From Spirogloea muscicola (Eukaryota), in NCBI GenBank assembly GCA_009602725.1, contig WELB01000003.1, positions 1,004,332 through 1,068,331 on the forward strand: a stretch of 64,000 nt of DNA, given 5' to 3'. This document shows, piece by piece, positions 60,233-64,000 of this stretch (the stretch's first letter is position 1; each line of letters begins with the position of its first letter). The position numbers and the translations under genes were made by a program. The notes under the pieces are model-generated. The model ran no database searches, was not told the origin of the DNA, and saw only the letters and a program-made list of their open reading frames with translations.

Positions 60233-63200
60233 TTAAATGCCGGAAAGAGCTAGCCAGGGGGGACGACTGGCAAGAAACCAGGCATTGTAGAGTGCAGTAC
60301 GGCGCCCAAATTTCCACCATAAAGGGGCTGCCGGCTTAGAGGCATGTGATCCAACATTGCCTCTCCAGAGTCTGCCACCTGCAGATGCCAAGACATTCCT
60401 CATTAGCTTAACCATAGAGATCATGCTCTGAGCACAAATAAAGCAAACCCTAATGTGCTCAAGGTTTGTGCAATCCTGAAAGCCTCAAATTGGCGCTGCC
60501 CTCAACAATGCTTGGCTGCAGCTGGCTGCAGCTGGCATAATCCAAGGCCTATTGGCATTCCTGACCCTGCTTTGGTAGATAGAAGGCCTCCAGTCTTTCT
60601 GGGATCGCTGGCTAGCTAGCTAACCTTTCCTGATGGGAGAAGTAAATATCTTCCTCTTCCTCTTGTTCTTCTTAAAGCCCACCTCTGCTGCTGAAGCTCC
60701 TGCTTGTCGAGATGAAGGCATGTCGCCTCCATGTAGGCCTGCCTCCTTTCTGCCTTCGTCCATTCCTAGGTGTGAACCCCCATGGTTGTTTGCTTGTGGC
60801 AGCATCGCGGCAAGAGCTGGCCAGAAGGATGATTGTAATGAGCAGACCTCCGCAATGGTAGCACAACCTTCACTAGAAGGGTGCATTCTGGACGGCACCG
60901 GAGGTGGCTTGTTCCCAAGCAGCACCTGCAAGAGCGGAACTTCATGTGAGGGAATTGACCTTGCGACTTCACTTCTACAGGCAGGCATAAGATTACTCTC
61001 GTTAAGGCCAGGGCTTGTCACGAACTTCTGAGCCCGGGCCCATACCTTTACGACTGCAGCTGCGGAGGCGGAGATGGATCGCAAATTGTATCTGCAAACA
61101 GCAAAGCGGTCGAGCAATCCACGACACATCAGATAGTAGTGGCTCCTTGTCCCCTTTCCTTTCACTCTGATGGCTACAATTGTAAGGGCAAGTTTGGAGG
61201 CTAGCAATGATGCCAGTGTGTCACAGGCAATAATTTGGCAGTGATTTAACAAGCTGATGGATTTGCGGGAGCCTACCCTCCTTCCAGGACAACAAGCATT
61301 CGCCCTTGTGCCAGCGGCATGAGAAGGGATGCCATGTGAGCATATCCCTCTGGGGTAACCTGGCAAGGAAGAAGATCAGAGTGAGCAACCAGATGAGCAT
61401 GTCCTGCTCCTCTCTAAGCAGCAGAAGAGGAAGCAGTTGTGAGCAACCACGTCTGAAGCATACAGCTTCTGCTACCTAAAATCTAGTAAGCAATTGTGCA
61501 AGTTGTAAGATAAGGCAGGATTATTTAATCAGCCTGAAAGAAGAGCCAGGACACTGACATCACAGGCTCCTAACGGGTCACCCCTTGCTGCGTCGAAGCC
61601 AGCAGAGATGATTGTCAAGTCTGGTGCAAATTGATAAGCTGCAAGACAAAGAGAATACAAACTGTCACACACACAAGGTGATTGACGGTACAATTTAAGA
61701 GGCACGGGCATCTGAGTTAATGAAGCGTCACATGCATTTGCAGATTACATGACATATGAGTGTGCAACCGGCTTGATCAAGCACAGCTAAAAAAGGACAT
61801 AAGAAGGAATGCTGATTTCAGGTAAATACTACTATCACCAATTCTATATCAGGACAACCTATGGGGAGAACCACATAAAAGAATGCAGCAAGGTAGTCAT
61901 TGTCTCCTATGCCGCCCCGGCTCCAAGGAATGTTTACAGAGTAACCTTCTCCAGGACCAATGCCCACCTGAAATATGACAAGCTGAGATATCAGATATCT
62001 CCAAGGATTTGGTGACAAGGCAGGGCAAACAGAGGCACAACAGTGTAGAATCATTGTTCAGAGGCTTTTCTTAAGGACCTCGTGGGCAGCTCCGGTGCCA
62101 GGGTAAAAATGCCCGCCGTCATGCCGATGTATGGATATGAACAAGACCTGCCAGAAGCAGATGCCATGGTAGAGGCAAGTCAACATTGAGCAAGTGACAT
62201 GAGTCGTTGCAATGTAGTAACAAGAGTCAAAAATGCAATGTAAAAGGCAATGGGTTGTGAGACACAGCCTCTCAAAGCAAACATTGTGGTGATCGTAGCA
62301 ACGACAAGTTGCTAGTAAGAAGAGCTTCTCACAGATGGATCTCTCTCAAAGATCCTCTGGGTCCCATTCCCATGGTGTACATCCTAGAAAAGAACAGGGC
62401 AGTCTTTCATGTAAGCTTCATCAAAATCCAATCAGAGCTGATGACCGCATGCTATAAGAAGTTGGATGTGAAGTACCCATGCCTGCTCAGTAACCATGCA
62501 CTACACATTACCAACTGGCATTCATAAAAATTACAGTAAGATCAAACCTCAACCTATGTAAGATGGGCTCACAGATTTGCGCTATTGCTTGGGCTTTGCC
62601 AGCTGGCATTTGTGCAACTTGCACCTAGCATTGGGCCAACTGCACTGGTACGAAAACCTTCAACTTAAGAGTGGCCAGCACTTACCCAATCTACAATGAG
62701 AATTTTCTTGGCTCCAGCCTCTTGTGCTGCTCTCGCAGCTACAGCCACGTTGTTGTGCAGACAAAAGCCCATCACGGCATCACCTTCAGCATGATGGCCT
62801 GGTGGTCTCACCTGTCGTCCCATGGTGATTGTGAGAGGCCTACGCCATAAGTCCTTCAAGCAGACACATAAAAGTGACTACTCGATTTTGGAAACTCGTG
62901 ATTAGAGTGCTGGTACTGACCAGTGCAACGCCGTTCCGAGCATCGCCCGTAGCTATTGCTACAGCCAGATCGACAGCGGACCCAGCTGCCAATCGTGCAG
63001 CCCTTGCAGAATACTGATTGGAGTACGTGTCTGGAGTGAAGTATCTGTAGACACAGGAACTTGCACCCATAAGGGTTCAACACATGGAATGGCTCTTCAT
63101 GCAATAGCACCAATCTGACTATCGCAGGATCTTATTGCACACACGCTATGCACAAATTGCACAACCCATCCCTCCTGTTACTTGTCCGAGTTACTCTTCT

Positions 63201-63872
63201 GAGCATGTAAGAAACTACACTGTCAAGCTTAATAAGACAACGAAAGTGTGAAGTACAGATGTAATTGACCTTTGACGACTTTGACAGCTTGATTCCACTA
63301 CATCCACATGCTCATCTGAGTGGACCTGCCATCCATCGGCACGTATGCATGCTCAGCACATGTTAATCTTCTCCACATCTCCAAGTCAACTCTGCAATGG
63401 ATGTGAAGCTAAATTTAGAGAAGCAGAATACGATGTCTCTGCTGAAAGACTAGAGGCTTCACACACATTGCTCATAATTGCTGGCACAAGGCACCGCCAG
63501 CAGAGTGCATCTCAATATCAACAAGAGCGCTGCATTTACTTTGTCACCTGGCATGATCTCCCTCAACATTACCTTCAGAAGCTCCTTCTGAGTCACCTCC
63601 CTTGCTGGGATGGGTATACATCGTCCGGGAAAGAGACCTGCAAAGATCCACAGACACGAGGTCAGCGAGCCGCACTTAGCAGAGATGTCGCACTTTATGT
63701 ACTGAGCTATGCAGAGCCTTCACTGCAAGTCTGGGATGCAAATGCATGCTATCATGAGCTTCATAGTTATAGCTGCTTGACTATGTCACAGGCAGACTAC
63801 CTGCAGCTGCTAAACCGCCAACTATGGCACGAAGTCGATCTGGCCTCTCAGGATGTGGGCTCATGTTACCCT
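60233..63872 (-). CDS. HDA15: Class II (RPD3/HDA1) histone deacetylase, HDA15-like; 5' end beyond the window
   Basis: [100 protein letters not shown]15-type tail [14 protein letters not shown]. Confidence 0.93.
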
Positions 63873-64000
63873 GCGAGCAGGAAAGCAGAAGTATGTTGAA
63901 TGCATGTACTTTTGAGCATCAGCATGCATCAATTGAGAAGTTCCTATACACATAAAGTGCTGAATGATGAAGGGGTTGATGTGCACCTAAACGACTTCTG

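Overview
Eukaryotic, gene-dense, intron-rich nuclear DNA. The plant-type orthologues, GC/CpG-rich 5' ends and short spliceosomal introns point to a streptophyte green alga (inference; species not determined). It is a draft assembly with N-gaps at 9892-10452 and 30970-31951 and single-N joins at 17126, 27538 and 52443. Genes in order: F-box/LysM protein (+), DEX1-like FG-GAP protein (-), PRC1 RING1-like E3 ligase (+), single-lobe transferrin-like protein with a likely GPI signal (-), a nested MITE island (~17.4-19.2 kb), ZRF1/DNAJC2 (-), plant LIM protein (+, partial), 10-knuckle CCHC protein (+), DUF4602/C1orf131-like protein (-), Enhancer of polycomb-like (+), MTP7-type CDF transporter (-), DBR1 (+), a modular secreted LRR + Cys-rich protein (-), a GT37 fucosyltransferase-like 5' fragment (-), and HDA15-like histone deacetylase (-). 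The main unexplained structure is a ~4.4 kb non-coding array (53.4-57.8 kb) of roughly 33-35 diverged ~129-bp units in inverted blocks. By hand-folding, each unit can form a Y-shaped three-way junction whose G.U wobbles favour one strand. Exon limits were read by eye from splice signals and protein similarity and are approximate.
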